Source of the DNA: an uncultured Flavobacteriales bacterium
Lineage (GTDB): Bacteria; Bacteroidota; Bacteroidia; Flavobacteriales; UBA1820
Length of the DNA stretch: 64,000 nt
Reading direction: 5' to 3'
NCBI GenBank assembly: GCA_938023515.1
Contig: CALJDR010000085.1
Location: 46 to 64,045, forward strand
In this document: one piece after another, positions 1 to 9,710 of the stretch
Numbering within the stretch: position 1 is the stretch's first letter
How the letters are laid out: every line of letters starts with the position of its first letter
Translations under genes and position numbers: made by a program
The notes under the pieces: model-generated
Told to the model about the DNA's origin: nothing
Databases searched by the model: none
What the model saw: the letters and a program-made list of their open reading frames with translations, nothing else

Positions 1-1
1 C

Positions 2-70
2 AGATATGACGCAGCCTTTGCATTTATGCTCGAAGAAGGCAAGAAACGAGGCCTCACACCGGTAAAATAA
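2..70 (+). CDS. 3' end of a CDS truncated by the window edge, product unknown
   Basis: The frame is open from base 2 to TAA at 68-70 (...AFAFMLEEGKKRGLTPVK*). It is too short to assign. Confidence 0.2.
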   Translation, partial: RYDAAFAFMLEEGKKRGLTPVK

Positions 71-118
71 CGCCGGAGGAGGCTTTTTCCTATATCACCA
101 AACCTTCATTCTTCCAAA

Positions 119-709
119 ATGGAACATTCCCGCACCGAAAAAGAAAAGATGCTCGCCGGAGAACCTTACGACTGCGGCGATGCGGAATTGGTGGCCATGT
201 GGCACAAAGGCAAACGGCTCACCCATCTGTACAATAATACTCCAATTGAAGACCGCGCCGAACAAGGACGGATACTCGACGAACTTTTGGGCAGCCGGGG
301 CGCCGATACCTGGATCACCGCGCCGTTCTACGTGGACTACGGCGAAAATATCCATTTGGGCGAGAATTGCGAGATCAATATGGGCTGTACTTTCCTGGAC
401 TGCAACACCATCACTATCGGCGACAACGCCCTGATCGCTCCCGGGGTACATATTTACACGGTCTTCCACCCCATCAAAGCCTCGGAAAGGCTCGGGGACA
501 AAAGGAACGGGGATTTTACGTTCTGCAAATGCCTGACCGCCCCGGTCAAAATCGGGCACAACGTATGGATAGGCGGCGGTTCCATCATCCTGCCGGGGGT
601 GGAAATAGGCGACAATGTAACGATAGGGGCCGGCAGCGTGGTCACTAAATCCATCCCTGCCAATACGCTGGCCTACGGCAATCCCTGCCGGGTGATACGG
701 GAGATATAA
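119..709 (+). CDS. maa: Hexapeptide-repeat O-acetyltransferase (maltose/galactoside acetyltransferase type)
   Basis: 196 aa. It has a Maa/LacA-type N-terminus (MLAGEPY...HLYN) followed by left-handed beta-helix hexapeptide repeats (IGDNALIAPGVHI; IGHNVWIGGGSIILPGVEIGDNVTIGAGSVV). Confidence 0.8.
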   Translation: MEHSRTEKEKMLAGEPYDCGDAELVAMWHKGKRLTHLYNNTPIEDRAEQGRILDELLGSRGADTWITAPFYVDYGENIHLGENCEINMGCTFLDCNTITIGDNALIAPGVHIYTVFHPIKASERLGDKRNGDFTFCKCLTAPVKIGHNVWIGGGSIILPGVEIGDNVTIGAGSVVTKSIPANTLAYGNPCRVIREI

Positions 710-714
710 GCTTT

Positions 715-1275
715 TTAAGAATCTTTTTTGCAATAACCTTTCGGGTAAGCAGATACATCCAGATTTAAAATACTGGCTCCACGATCCAGAGCTCTGCATA
801 TCTCATCCCCTTTGAATCTATCGAACTGGTCGCAACTTAAATCAAACATATCCTGGAGATTGAAATTGTATTCGGCTTCCTGAGGGCTTATATTATTGTC
901 AAAATACAGTTTTTCAAACTGCCGGTGTAATACCTGTTCCACCTCGTAATATTTCCTGTTGTAAAAATCGCCTTCTTTTATTTTGAAGTATTTTTTCAGG
1001 AATTCGACATTCCGTTTCTCATTGTCGGTAATGATATAATCTTTCAATACATAGTCGATATAAACCAACACTAAATCAAGCAGATCGTCCTTCATACTTT
1101 CTACCCGGTCGATTTGATGTTCTGAAAGCGCTTTCTTCAAATTTTCCCTTGTCAACTCCCTGTTGCAAATCAACTCCACAATATCCGCAATAGGCTCATT
1201 GAAATCTTCTCCCGAAAGAATGTTTTCAAACGTCAAGTAGAAATCTTCGTCGAATATTTGTTCTGTATGTTCCAT
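715..1275 (-). CDS. Hypothetical acidic helical protein (weak TerB-like impression)
   Basis: 186 aa clean ORF, visibly AT-rich relative to both flanks. The segment LVYIDYVLKDYIITDNEKRNVEFLKKYF is reminiscent of TerB-type helical domains, but only by eye. Confidence 0.45.
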   Translation of the reverse strand: MEHTEQIFDEDFYLTFENILSGEDFNEPIADIVELICNRELTRENLKKALSEHQIDRVESMKDDLLDLVLVYIDYVLKDYIITDNEKRNVEFLKKYFKIKEGDFYNRKYYEVEQVLHRQFEKLYFDNNISPQEAEYNFNLQDMFDLSCDQFDRFKGDEICRALDRGASILNLDVSAYPKGYCKKDS

Positions 1276-1360
1276 GATAGAATCGTTTACTTTTAATCAG
1301 CGCAAAAAAACATTGTAGCATCGTACAACATTAAGAAAAATATTTGGTGGTTCAAACCAT

Positions 1361-1393
1361 AAAAAACATAGCCCGGCTTTATGCCGGGCTATG
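1361..1393 (-). terminator. Rho-independent terminator after the glutamine synthetase gene
   Basis: 11-bp stem catagcccggc/gccgggctatg (1367-1377 / 1383-1393), followed by a U-run on the minus strand (complement of aaaaaa at 1361-1366). Confidence 0.7.
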
Positions 1394-1435
1394 CAATAAA
1401 ACACACACAATTAAAATATAAACGACTCTACTTGC

Positions 1436-3625
1436 TTAGTGAGTAAAGAGCAGTTCGCGGTATTTTACCAGCGGCCATACCTCGTCGTCGATATGGATTT
1501 CGAGCTTGTCGCAGTGGTACCGCAGCGTATCGAAGTATTTCTCCTTGACGTTGACCGAATATTCGCGGGCCTTGGTGCGTACGTCGGCTATCTTGTTGAT
1601 CCGGCGGCGCTCGTCGATCATGTTGTCCACCAATTCCTTGATGATCACAATATGGTCCGAAATAGTCTTTATGAGCTCCACCTGCGAATGGGCGTACGTC
1701 ATATATTCGTCGCCGAATATCTCGCGCATTCCCCGCACGTTCTCCAGCAAACGGTTTTGGTAAGCGATGGCCGTCGGGATGATATGGTTGCGGGCGATAT
1801 CCCCCATCACACGGGCCTCGATCTGGATCGTTTTCTGGTATTTTTCCAACTCTATCTCGTAACGGGCCTCCACTTCCAGTTTGCTCATCACGTTTGTTTT
1901 GGAAAATACGCTGAACGTATCTTCGCTCACTAACACGTCGAGGGCTTCCGGGGTGGTCTTCAGGTTGGAAAGTCCCCGTTTCTCCGCCTCCTTCACCCAA
2001 TCGTCCGAATAGCCGTCCCCTTCGAAAAGAATCTTGGACGAAGCCTTGATATAGTCGCGCAGCACGTTGAATATCGCATCGTCTTTTTTGATGCCTTTCT
2101 CGATCAGTTTATCGACTTCAGCCTTGAATGTCACCAATTGGGCCGCCATGATGGTGTTCATCACCGTCATCGGCATCGCGCAGTTGATGGACGAACCCGG
2201 CGCGCGGAACTCGAATTTATTGCCGGTGAACGCAAAAGGCGAAGTGCGGTTCCGATCGGTATTATCCAACAAGATTTCGGGAATCTTGCCCACTACGTTG
2301 AGTTTGAGGTCGGTCTTTTCCTCCGGCGACAGTTTGCCCGAAGACACCTGCTCCAGTTCCGACAGTACAGCCGACAGCTGCGTGCCGATGAATATCGAAA
2401 TGATGGCCGGAGGCGCTTCGTTGGCGCCCAAACGGTGGTCGTTCGAAGCCGAAGCGATGCAGGCGCGTAACAGGTCGGCATGGTCGTGCACAGCCTTGAT
2501 AGCGTTCACGAAAAATGTGAGAAACTGCAGGTTGCTCTTAGGGGTTTTACCCGGCGAAAGGAGATTGATCCCCGTATCGGTAGCCAACGCCCAGTTATTG
2601 TGCTTTCCCGATCCGTTGATGCCTTCAAAAGGCTTCTCATGGAACAGGACCTTGAAATTGTGCTTGGCACTCACCCGCTGCATAGCCTCCATCAGCATCA
2701 TGTTGTGGTCGACCGCAATATTGGCCTCCTCATAGATCGGGGCTATTTCGTACTGGTTCAGGGCCACCTCGTTGTGCCGAGTCTTAATTGGGATGCCCAA
2801 TTTAATACACTCCTGTTCCAGGTCGCGCAGGTATTCCAGCACCCGGGCCGGCATCGCGCCGAAATAATGGTCTTCCATCTGCTGGCCTTTGGCCGGTTCC
2901 TGTCCGAAAAGTGTCCGGCCGGTGAGTACCAGATCGGGGCGCGCGTTGTACAAAGCGGTATCCACTAAGAAATACTCCTGTTCCGCCCCCAAAGTCGAAT
3001 AGACCTTCGTTACATTTTTGTCGAAATACTGGCAGACAGCCGTTGCAGCGGCGTCCACGGCCGCATTGGAACGGAGAAGCGGAGTCTTGTTGTCCAGCGC
3101 CACGCCCGTATATGCCACAAATACCGTCGGGATACAAAGCGTCGTACCCACCACAAATGCTGGAGAAGTCGGGTCCCAAGCCGTATAGCCGCGGGCTTCG
3201 AATGTATTGCGCAGACCTCCGTTCGGGAAAGATGAAGCGTCCGATTCCTGCTGTACGAGCTGCGTTCCGTCGAAACGTTCCATAGCCCGCCCTCCGGAGA
3301 TAGGTTCGAAAAAGGCATCGTGCTTTTCGGCCGATGTGCCATTGAGAGGCTGGAACCAGTGCGAATAGTGAGTCGCTCCCCGGTCGATGGCCCACTGCTT
3401 CATCCCCGAAGCCACTTGTTTGGCGGCATCGCGATTGATGCGCGTACCGCTGTCGATGGCCGCCATTACCGCCTTGAAAGCATCTTTGGACAGATACTGG
3501 CGCATGGCATCCTCATTGAACACATTTTTACCGAAAATTTCCGAGAAACGCCCCGATTCTATTGTGGGTGGGACAGGACGGTGGCTCTCGCTTTCTTTGA
3601 CCGCCCGGATTCTGAATTCTGCCAT
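1436..3625 (-). CDS. glnA: Glutamine synthetase, type III
   Basis: 729 aa from ATG 3625; the ORF-track start at 3676 adds an unlikely 17-aa leader. The size, the NGSGKHNNW motif and the long N/C extensions match the GSIII typical of Bacteroidota. Confidence 0.9.
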   Translation of the reverse strand: MAEFRIRAVKESESHRPVPPTIESGRFSEIFGKNVFNEDAMRQYLSKDAFKAVMAAIDSGTRINRDAAKQVASGMKQWAIDRGATHYSHWFQPLNGTSAEKHDAFFEPISGGRAMERFDGTQLVQQESDASSFPNGGLRNTFEARGYTAWDPTSPAFVVGTTLCIPTVFVAYTGVALDNKTPLLRSNAAVDAAATAVCQYFDKNVTKVYSTLGAEQEYFLVDTALYNARPDLVLTGRTLFGQEPAKGQQMEDHYFGAMPARVLEYLRDLEQECIKLGIPIKTRHNEVALNQYEIAPIYEEANIAVDHNMMLMEAMQRVSAKHNFKVLFHEKPFEGINGSGKHNNWALATDTGINLLSPGKTPKSNLQFLTFFVNAIKAVHDHADLLRACIASASNDHRLGANEAPPAIISIFIGTQLSAVLSELEQVSSGKLSPEEKTDLKLNVVGKIPEILLDNTDRNRTSPFAFTGNKFEFRAPGSSINCAMPMTVMNTIMAAQLVTFKAEVDKLIEKGIKKDDAIFNVLRDYIKASSKILFEGDGYSDDWVKEAEKRGLSNLKTTPEALDVLVSEDTFSVFSKTNVMSKLEVEARYEIELEKYQKTIQIEARVMGDIARNHIIPTAIAYQNRLLENVRGMREIFGDEYMTYAHSQVELIKTISDHIVIIKELVDNMIDERRRINKIADVRTKAREYSVNVKEKYFDTLRYHCDKLEIHIDDEVWPLVKYRELLFTH

Positions 3626-3680
3626 AATTTTGATGTTGTTTTGTTTCGTCAGGACAAATATCCGGAAAAAATTCAATAAA

Positions 3681-3712
3681 AAACAAGAACACCCCCTAAA
3701 AAATAGGGGGTG
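3681..3712 (-). terminator. Hairpin terminator after the membrane-protein gene
   Basis: 8-bp stem caccccct/agggggtg (3690-3697 / 3705-3712) with a T-rich tail on the minus strand. Confidence 0.5.
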
Positions 3713-3767
3713 ATCCTCAATTTTTACGTACTTTTCAATAAAATACCCAAAAATACCAGGGGTGTCA

Positions 3768-4652
3768 TTACTCGACTTCGTATTTATCGGCTTTTGCTGA
3801 GAAGTAGATCAGTCCGATGTTCACACTGTAGACCGAAGAGATAAAGAAATGGATCGCCAGGGCCAGCAACGCCCACATCACTCCCAGAAAAACCGTACCG
3901 GGAGCATCCATATGGTCGAAAGCGGAAGAGATCACCCGGGGGATCACTGCCAGGAAGACTGTAATGAGATAGATGATCCCATTGCACACTACATTCTTCC
4001 AGAACGCGCTTCTCAAAGATCTCCAAGCTATGTCTATCGAGTCGAAGAACCCCACTCTCTCATCGCTCAGGTAGGCGTAAAGCATCAACGAGGACATCAT
4101 CAGGATCAACAGCAGCACAATAGGTATCAGGGCGATCCCGATTATCGTGAAGACCAGCAAAATGAACAACGGGATGCAAACTATCACTACCGGAATACAC
4201 AAAAGGAACAGCCCCAGAAAATAAATGACCAGCCGGCCGGCTTTCCGGCGGATAAAAGCCACGATTTCTTTGAATCTGGGCACACGCCCTTCCCGCTGAT
4301 ACAGGATCATATACGCCGGAGTATAGGCCGCAAATACTGCAAACCCCACCAGGAGCAGCAGCATACACAAGATGCCCAGCAGGGTTTCCCACCACGACAT
4401 CATTCCGAGGTCCCATGCCACTTTGCCCAACGGGCTGATGTCGCCGAAATTCAGGTAAGTACGTATCCCCGAAATAGAATCGAGGTTACTATACCCCATC
4501 GAGAACGAGAAATAGACGATCAGCGCGATAGCCAGCAGGTACAGAAAGTTCACCCGGAGCATCGTCGGGAAGAAATGGGCTCCCGTTTCCCGTATGAATC
4601 CGAAGGTATCGCCTATCAGCGCCTCGAAATTCCTTGCTTGTTTCAGTTTCAT
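3768..4652 (-). CDS. Polytopic inner-membrane protein, function unknown
   Basis: About 294 aa from ATG 4652 (MKLKQARNFEAL...). Several long hydrophobic helices are present, e.g. LLGILCMLLLLVGFAVFAAY and LFLLCIPVVIVCIPLFILLVFTIIGIALIPIVLLLILMM. Confidence 0.65.
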   Translation of the reverse strand: MKLKQARNFEALIGDTFGFIRETGAHFFPTMLRVNFLYLLAIALIVYFSFSMGYSNLDSISGIRTYLNFGDISPLGKVAWDLGMMSWWETLLGILCMLLLLVGFAVFAAYTPAYMILYQREGRVPRFKEIVAFIRRKAGRLVIYFLGLFLLCIPVVIVCIPLFILLVFTIIGIALIPIVLLLILMMSSLMLYAYLSDERVGFFDSIDIAWRSLRSAFWKNVVCNGIIYLITVFLAVIPRVISSAFDHMDAPGTVFLGVMWALLALAIHFFISSVYSVNIGLIYFSAKADKYEVE

Positions 4653-4832
4653 TTTTATCGAAGTATTAATTGTTTCTACTGCATTAGACTTTCTCTGTCC
4701 CGAAAAGGTTACAGCAAATCCAACCTTTTTCCAGCCCATCATTCCCGTGAAACCCCGGGAAACGGGACTTATTTAACCATCCGTTAGGATAAAAACCACC
4801 TCTTATATTAAGAGTATCCCCGACGGATTCAT

Positions 4833-4840
4833 TAACTTTG
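4833..4840 (+). promoter_or_regulatory. Bacteroidota -7 promoter box (TAnnTTTG) upstream of the DegT-type gene
   Basis: TAACTTTG lies 47 nt upstream of ATG 4888 in an AT-rich leader. Confidence 0.45.
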
Positions 4841-4887
4841 CATAAATAAGTTTAATTTTCGAACAAAAATAAAAAACACATAAAAAA

Positions 4888-6084
4888 ATGCCTGGATTTG
4901 AAGCTTTCGATGAATCCGAGAAAAAAGAAGTACTCGATGTAATGGAAACCGGAATACTGATGCGTTACGGATTCGACGCTCAGCGCAAAGGGGTCAATAA
5001 AACCCTGGAACTCGAAAAGGCCCTGTGCGACAAGCTCGGCTCACGCCATGCACAGCTCACCCCCAGCGGGACGACCGCCGTATCCACGGCGCTTGCCGTA
5101 TGCGGGATTGGCGCGGGGGACGAGGTCATCATGCCGACTTTTACTTTCGTAGCTTCCTTCGAATCCATCCTCGCTTTGGGGGCCATCCCCATCCTGGTGG
5201 ATATAGACGATACCCTCACCCTCGACCCTGTGGCGGTGGAAAAGGCTATCACTCCCCGCACGAAGGCCGTAATGCCCGTACATATGTGCGGTGCGCAGGC
5301 CCATATCGAGGAGCTTATGCAAATCTGCAAAAAGCACAACCTGATCCTGATCGAAGATGCCTGCCAGGCGATGGGCTCTACCTATAAAGACAAATATTTA
5401 GGTACGTTCGGCGCGATGGGCTGTTTCTCGTATGACTTCGCCAAGATCATCACGATGGGCGAAGGCGGTGCGGTAGTGACCGACAGCGACGATCTGGCCG
5501 TTAAAGCAGATGGCTACGTAGACCATGGCCACGACCACAAAGGCAGCGACCGCGGCGCGGAAGGACATCCTTTTTTAGGGGTCAATTACCGTGTCAACGA
5601 ACTCTCTTCGGCCATCGGCCTGGCTCAGCTGCGCAAACTGGACGGAATCGTCCATCGCCAGCAGCAGATCAAAAAATATATGAAAGACGCCTTGGCTGCT
5701 GAATTCCCCCAGCTGAAATTCCGCCGGATACTGGACGAAAAAGGCGATATCGCCACTTTCCTGTCCTTCTCGCTGGAAAGTCTGGAACAGGCTGAAAAAG
5801 CGACCAAAGCCTTGGCTGAAAACGGCGTGGGTGGCGTATTCCACTATTACAACAACAACTGGCACTATATCCGCCGCTGGTATCACCTTAAGGAGCGGGC
5901 CACGCTGTACCGCCTGCCCAAAGAGGTGCTGGACGGCATGCCGGATTACGCCAACATGCAATTTCCGCAGTCCGATGACATCATTTCCCGCAACATATCG
6001 ACTGCGATCAACCTTTCATGGAGCGACGATGATGTAAAAGCGCGGACCGAGGCGATAATAAAGGCTCTGCGCACCGTATTCTAA
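4888..6084 (+). CDS. DegT/DnrJ/EryC1/StrS-family PLP-dependent sugar aminotransferase
   Basis: 398 aa. It shows the SGTTAVSTALAV segment, the DEVIMPTFTF motif and the Schiff-base lysine context YDFAKIITMGEGG typical of the family. Confidence 0.85.
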   Translation: MPGFEAFDESEKKEVLDVMETGILMRYGFDAQRKGVNKTLELEKALCDKLGSRHAQLTPSGTTAVSTALAVCGIGAGDEVIMPTFTFVASFESILALGAIPILVDIDDTLTLDPVAVEKAITPRTKAVMPVHMCGAQAHIEELMQICKKHNLILIEDACQAMGSTYKDKYLGTFGAMGCFSYDFAKIITMGEGGAVVTDSDDLAVKADGYVDHGHDHKGSDRGAEGHPFLGVNYRVNELSSAIGLAQLRKLDGIVHRQQQIKKYMKDALAAEFPQLKFRRILDEKGDIATFLSFSLESLEQAEKATKALAENGVGGVFHYYNNNWHYIRRWYHLKERATLYRLPKEVLDGMPDYANMQFPQSDDIISRNISTAINLSWSDDDVKARTEAIIKALRTVF

Positions 6085-6100
6085 CCGCCAATACCGCCCG

Positions 6101-7207
6101 ATGAAAGCCGTCGCACTCGCTCTCTGCTCCCTCCTACCCCTTGGCCTTGGTGCCCAGAGCAGGGATTATAAAGTGGAAGTGTCCTTTCCGGACGCCCAGG
6201 CAGGGGGAAAATATGTGCTTGCATCGAAAGATATGGCCAATCGTTTTTCCGATACTCTTATCTTAAAAAAGGATGGAGAAACCATTACATTCAAAAGACC
6301 GTTTACCGAGCCGGGATTTGTCACCTTGGCTTACTTCAAGCCCGAAGATAAAAGGATGGCGACAGGAACCGACCGTATTTTTATCGATTTTCCCGGCACA
6401 GTACGGATAGCAGCCGACAGCCTTGGCGCGATGCCCTATGCTTCCCTGAGCGGCCGGATATTCGAGGGAAGGGAATCCCGCTGGCTGGACAGCCTTTACA
6501 GATCTTTCTATGATACTGTTAGGGAGGAAATCCAAGAGTTGGATCCGGCAAAAACAGATTCCCTGATCAAAGAGGTATATCGGATACAGGCAGCTATGGC
6601 TGTCGTTAAACGGCAATACGCAGCAGCCAACACACAGTGCATCTATTCCGCCGCTCTATTATCGGAAACCTTATCCGACAGTCTGGATGTCACGGGACGT
6701 ATTTATGAAACCCTTTCCCCGGAAGTAAAGGCCTCTCGCTACGGGCAGACCGTCGGCCAACGGGTAAAGGTTCGGTCCGGACAACCGGCCTACGATTTTA
6801 CCCTGCCGGACACCGAAGGAAATGAAATCCGACTGAGTGATTTCCGGGGAAAATGGGTGTTGCTCGATTTCTGGGGCTCCTGGTGCGGGCCATGCAGGGA
6901 AGGCAACCCGGCCTTGGTCGAACTATACGGGAAATACAAAGACAAATGCCTTGTAATCATTGGAATGGCAGCCATGGACAAGCGGGAAAACCTGAAAGAA
7001 GCCATTGCCGAAGACGACCTTACCTGGCCACAAATCAATCTATCGGAAATAGAAAACGAACGGGCTATATTAGACGAATTCAATATATCCTTATTTCCGA
7101 CCAAAATTCTGATCGACCCGCAAGGGAATATCTCCGTCATTTCTCGGGGTTATCACAAAACGGACGATCCTGTCATTCGCGAAGTAACAGAAGAACTCAA
7201 TCAATAA
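6101..7207 (+). CDS. TlpA/ResA-like periplasmic thiol-disulfide oxidoreductase (paralogue 1)
   Basis: 368 aa with a signal peptide, an N-terminal beta-rich domain (DUF4369-like) and a C-terminal thioredoxin fold with WGSWCGPC. Confidence 0.8.
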   Translation: MKAVALALCSLLPLGLGAQSRDYKVEVSFPDAQAGGKYVLASKDMANRFSDTLILKKDGETITFKRPFTEPGFVTLAYFKPEDKRMATGTDRIFIDFPGTVRIAADSLGAMPYASLSGRIFEGRESRWLDSLYRSFYDTVREEIQELDPAKTDSLIKEVYRIQAAMAVVKRQYAAANTQCIYSAALLSETLSDSLDVTGRIYETLSPEVKASRYGQTVGQRVKVRSGQPAYDFTLPDTEGNEIRLSDFRGKWVLLDFWGSWCGPCREGNPALVELYGKYKDKCLVIIGMAAMDKRENLKEAIAEDDLTWPQINLSEIENERAILDEFNISLFPTKILIDPQGNISVISRGYHKTDDPVIREVTEELNQ

Positions 7208-7225
7208 CAGACAAAATCAACCGGT

Positions 7226-8377
7226 ATGAAAAATACACTCAAATTATTAGCCACCGTATTCCTGGCGGTATTCGTATCCTTGGGCGCGACCGCGCAGAAC
7301 AAGGATTACAAGGTCGAACTTTCGTTCAAGGACGCCAAAGCCGGCGGAAAATACATCTTTCGGTCAAAAGACCTGAAAGATAATTTCGCAGACACCATTA
7401 CCCTGAAAAAGGACGGGGAAAAAGTCACCTTTAAGAAAGCCTATACGGAACCTTTCTCGCTGAATTTCTTTTATCAGGGGCCTGAAGATGAAAAGCCTCA
7501 GATAGGTAACGGCGTTTTCGTCGACGGTCCCCAGACCCTGAAAATCTCGGCTCCTGCTGTGGCCGATCTGGTTGTCGCGACAAAGGCCGGCGGTATTTTC
7601 GATAATGCCCTCATTCAGTCTATCGAAGCCAAGACCGGGCAAACCTACAACAAGTTCATGGCTTACCAGGACGCTTCCAAAGCCAACGATAAGCCGAAAG
7701 CCGACTCCCTGATGCAGGATATCCGCAAAATAAGCACCGAAATCAAAGATATCCAGAAAGAATATATCGCTAAAAATCCGCAAAACATTTACTCCGCACT
7801 CTTACTCTCGGGCATGCTGCGCGACGACCTGAAAGAGATCGAGCCTCTCTTCGATGCTTTCTCGGCCGATGTAAAGGTCTCCAAATACGGCAAGCAGATC
7901 ACTGAAAAACTCGAAGCCATCAAAGCTGTCCAGCCTGGAAAACCAGCCTATGACTTTTCCTTGACGGACATCGACGGCAAAACCCTGAAACTTTCGGACT
8001 TCCGCGGGAAATGGGTTCTGCTCGATTTCTGGGGTTCCTGGTGTATCTGGTGCCGCAGGGGCAATCCTTCGTTGGTCGATCTGTATGAAAAATACGGCGG
8101 AAAGGACTTCGAGATCATCGGACTGGCTGCCCGCGACAAGGAAGAGGCCTGGAAAAAGGCGATCGTTGACGACCAACTCACTTGGAGGCACGCCAACCTG
8201 GAACTGAACGAAGGAGGCAGCGACCTTCCTGCCAAATACAACGTGGCCGGCTATCCGACCAAGATATTGGTAGATCCCGAAGGGAATATCTCCGTGATCT
8301 CCGTAGGTTACCATGAAAAGGACGATCCTATCGTGCTGAAAATGGTAGAGGCCCTGGGAGAAACATACGTAAAATAA
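7226..8377 (+). CDS. TlpA/ResA-like thiol-disulfide oxidoreductase (paralogue 2, atypical CIWC site)
   Basis: 383 aa with the same architecture as its neighbours (shared DYKVE(V/L)SF, KPAYDF, FRGKWVLLDFWGSWC). The active site reads WCIWC instead of WCGPC. Confidence 0.8.
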   Translation: MKNTLKLLATVFLAVFVSLGATAQNKDYKVELSFKDAKAGGKYIFRSKDLKDNFADTITLKKDGEKVTFKKAYTEPFSLNFFYQGPEDEKPQIGNGVFVDGPQTLKISAPAVADLVVATKAGGIFDNALIQSIEAKTGQTYNKFMAYQDASKANDKPKADSLMQDIRKISTEIKDIQKEYIAKNPQNIYSALLLSGMLRDDLKEIEPLFDAFSADVKVSKYGKQITEKLEAIKAVQPGKPAYDFSLTDIDGKTLKLSDFRGKWVLLDFWGSWCIWCRRGNPSLVDLYEKYGGKDFEIIGLAARDKEEAWKKAIVDDQLTWRHANLELNEGGSDLPAKYNVAGYPTKILVDPEGNISVISVGYHEKDDPIVLKMVEALGETYVK

Positions 8378-8433
8378 TTACGGTCCTATAGGACCGGCTT
8401 CTCAGAACATTAATTAAAACGGGCCTGAGCCCA

Positions 8434-9606
8434 TTGACCATGAAAAACACATGTAAAGTGCTGGCTGCGACCATGATCGCGGCTATTGTTGCGTCCTCCT
8501 GCAACTCGTTTCCCCCCAAAGGGGACTGGGGTGTGGAAGCGTTTATCGACGGATCCCAACCCGGAGACACACTGGCTGTAAGCTATCTGAAAAAAAACGG
8601 TGATCTGACCGCTACGGCAGATACGCTTATTGTATTTACCGGGGAAAGCCAAAAGATACAGCTTTCGCAACCTTTTGTAGAGCCGTCTTCGGTAGTATTG
8701 TTCTACAACCCAAAAGATACGCTTATAGAGCCGTATTATGTAGACCTTTTCATCAACAACGCCGGTGACTTCATCAAGATAGTGACGAAAGCAGCCGACT
8801 ACTCCGTAACAAAGACCACCGGCGGCATGTATGACGAGCCGTCTTACGACACTCTGCGCAAACTGACCGATAAATTTATGTCTCTGCGCAATCAGTATAT
8901 GGATGCCATCGAAAAATCCGATACTTCAGCCCTGATGGATGTTTCGGTCAAAATGGGAGAAGTCCAGCGCGATTATTTCACTTCGGCGCTTGGATATGTA
9001 AAATCGAACCCGTCCAAGGGTTATTCTGCCTATATTCTTGCCGATATGATGGAATATCTTCCGGCTGATACCGTAAAGGCCATCTTCAATTCTTTCCCCG
9101 GAAATATTAAGAGTACTTCATACGGGAAAAGGATTTCAGCCGGACTGGATGCAGTCAGTGCCGGGAAAGTCGAGGAAGGCTCTATGGCTCCTGATTTTGG
9201 TCTGACCGACACACAAGGACGCGAATTTAATCTTTCAAACTATCGCGGCAAATGGGTGCTTCTGGATTTCTGGGGGTCTTGGTGCGGCCCTTGCCGCAAG
9301 AGCAACCCCAGCCTTGTTAAGCTGTACGACAAATATAAGAATAAGGGATTCCATATCATCGGTCTTGCCGTGAACGATAAAGAGGAAAACCTGGCAAAGG
9401 CTATCAAGGAAGACGGCATTACCTGGCGTAATGCCAACTTGTCCCAAAACCAGAACGGAAGCATTCTGCCCACTATCTACGGCATAAAGGGCGTTCCCTC
9501 CAAATTCCTGATAGATCCGGAAGGTAAGATCGTGCTTATTGAAGTAGGTTATGATGAAAGCGCGCCCGATCCGTTGGCAGAGCGCCTGGCTGAGATTTTT
9601 AAATAA
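8434..9606 (+). CDS. TlpA/ResA-like thiol-disulfide oxidoreductase (paralogue 3)
   Basis: 390 aa (alternative start 8440). It has a lipoprotein-like N-terminus (...VASSCNS) and a C-terminal WGSWCGPC thioredoxin fold. Confidence 0.8.
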   Translation: MTMKNTCKVLAATMIAAIVASSCNSFPPKGDWGVEAFIDGSQPGDTLAVSYLKKNGDLTATADTLIVFTGESQKIQLSQPFVEPSSVVLFYNPKDTLIEPYYVDLFINNAGDFIKIVTKAADYSVTKTTGGMYDEPSYDTLRKLTDKFMSLRNQYMDAIEKSDTSALMDVSVKMGEVQRDYFTSALGYVKSNPSKGYSAYILADMMEYLPADTVKAIFNSFPGNIKSTSYGKRISAGLDAVSAGKVEEGSMAPDFGLTDTQGREFNLSNYRGKWVLLDFWGSWCGPCRKSNPSLVKLYDKYKNKGFHIIGLAVNDKEENLAKAIKEDGITWRNANLSQNQNGSILPTIYGIKGVPSKFLIDPEGKIVLIEVGYDESAPDPLAERLAEIFK

Positions 9607-9627
9607 ACCCTTTATTTCGGAGTATAG

Positions 9628-9658
9628 AGGCAGGTGAAATATCACCTGCCTTTTTTTA
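9628..9658 (+). terminator. Rho-independent terminator closing the DegT-TlpA x3 transcription unit
   Basis: Stem aggcaggtg/cacctgcct followed by ttttttt. Confidence 0.75.
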
Positions 9659-9710
9659 TTTGTACGCAGTTTTATCGTACCTTTAGGGGATGTTTGAAGC
9701 ATAGAGGAAT

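Noticed and set aside
95-799. 234-aa minus-strand ORF overlapping the acetyltransferase gene
   Set aside because: It is antisense to the hexapeptide-repeat ORF and has no motif. The plus-strand gene has a proper ATG and clear repeats.
3849-4787. 312-aa plus-strand ORF opposite the polytopic membrane-protein gene
   Set aside because: Its His/Gln/Arg-rich translation is the complement of a hydrophobic membrane protein, so it is a shadow ORF.
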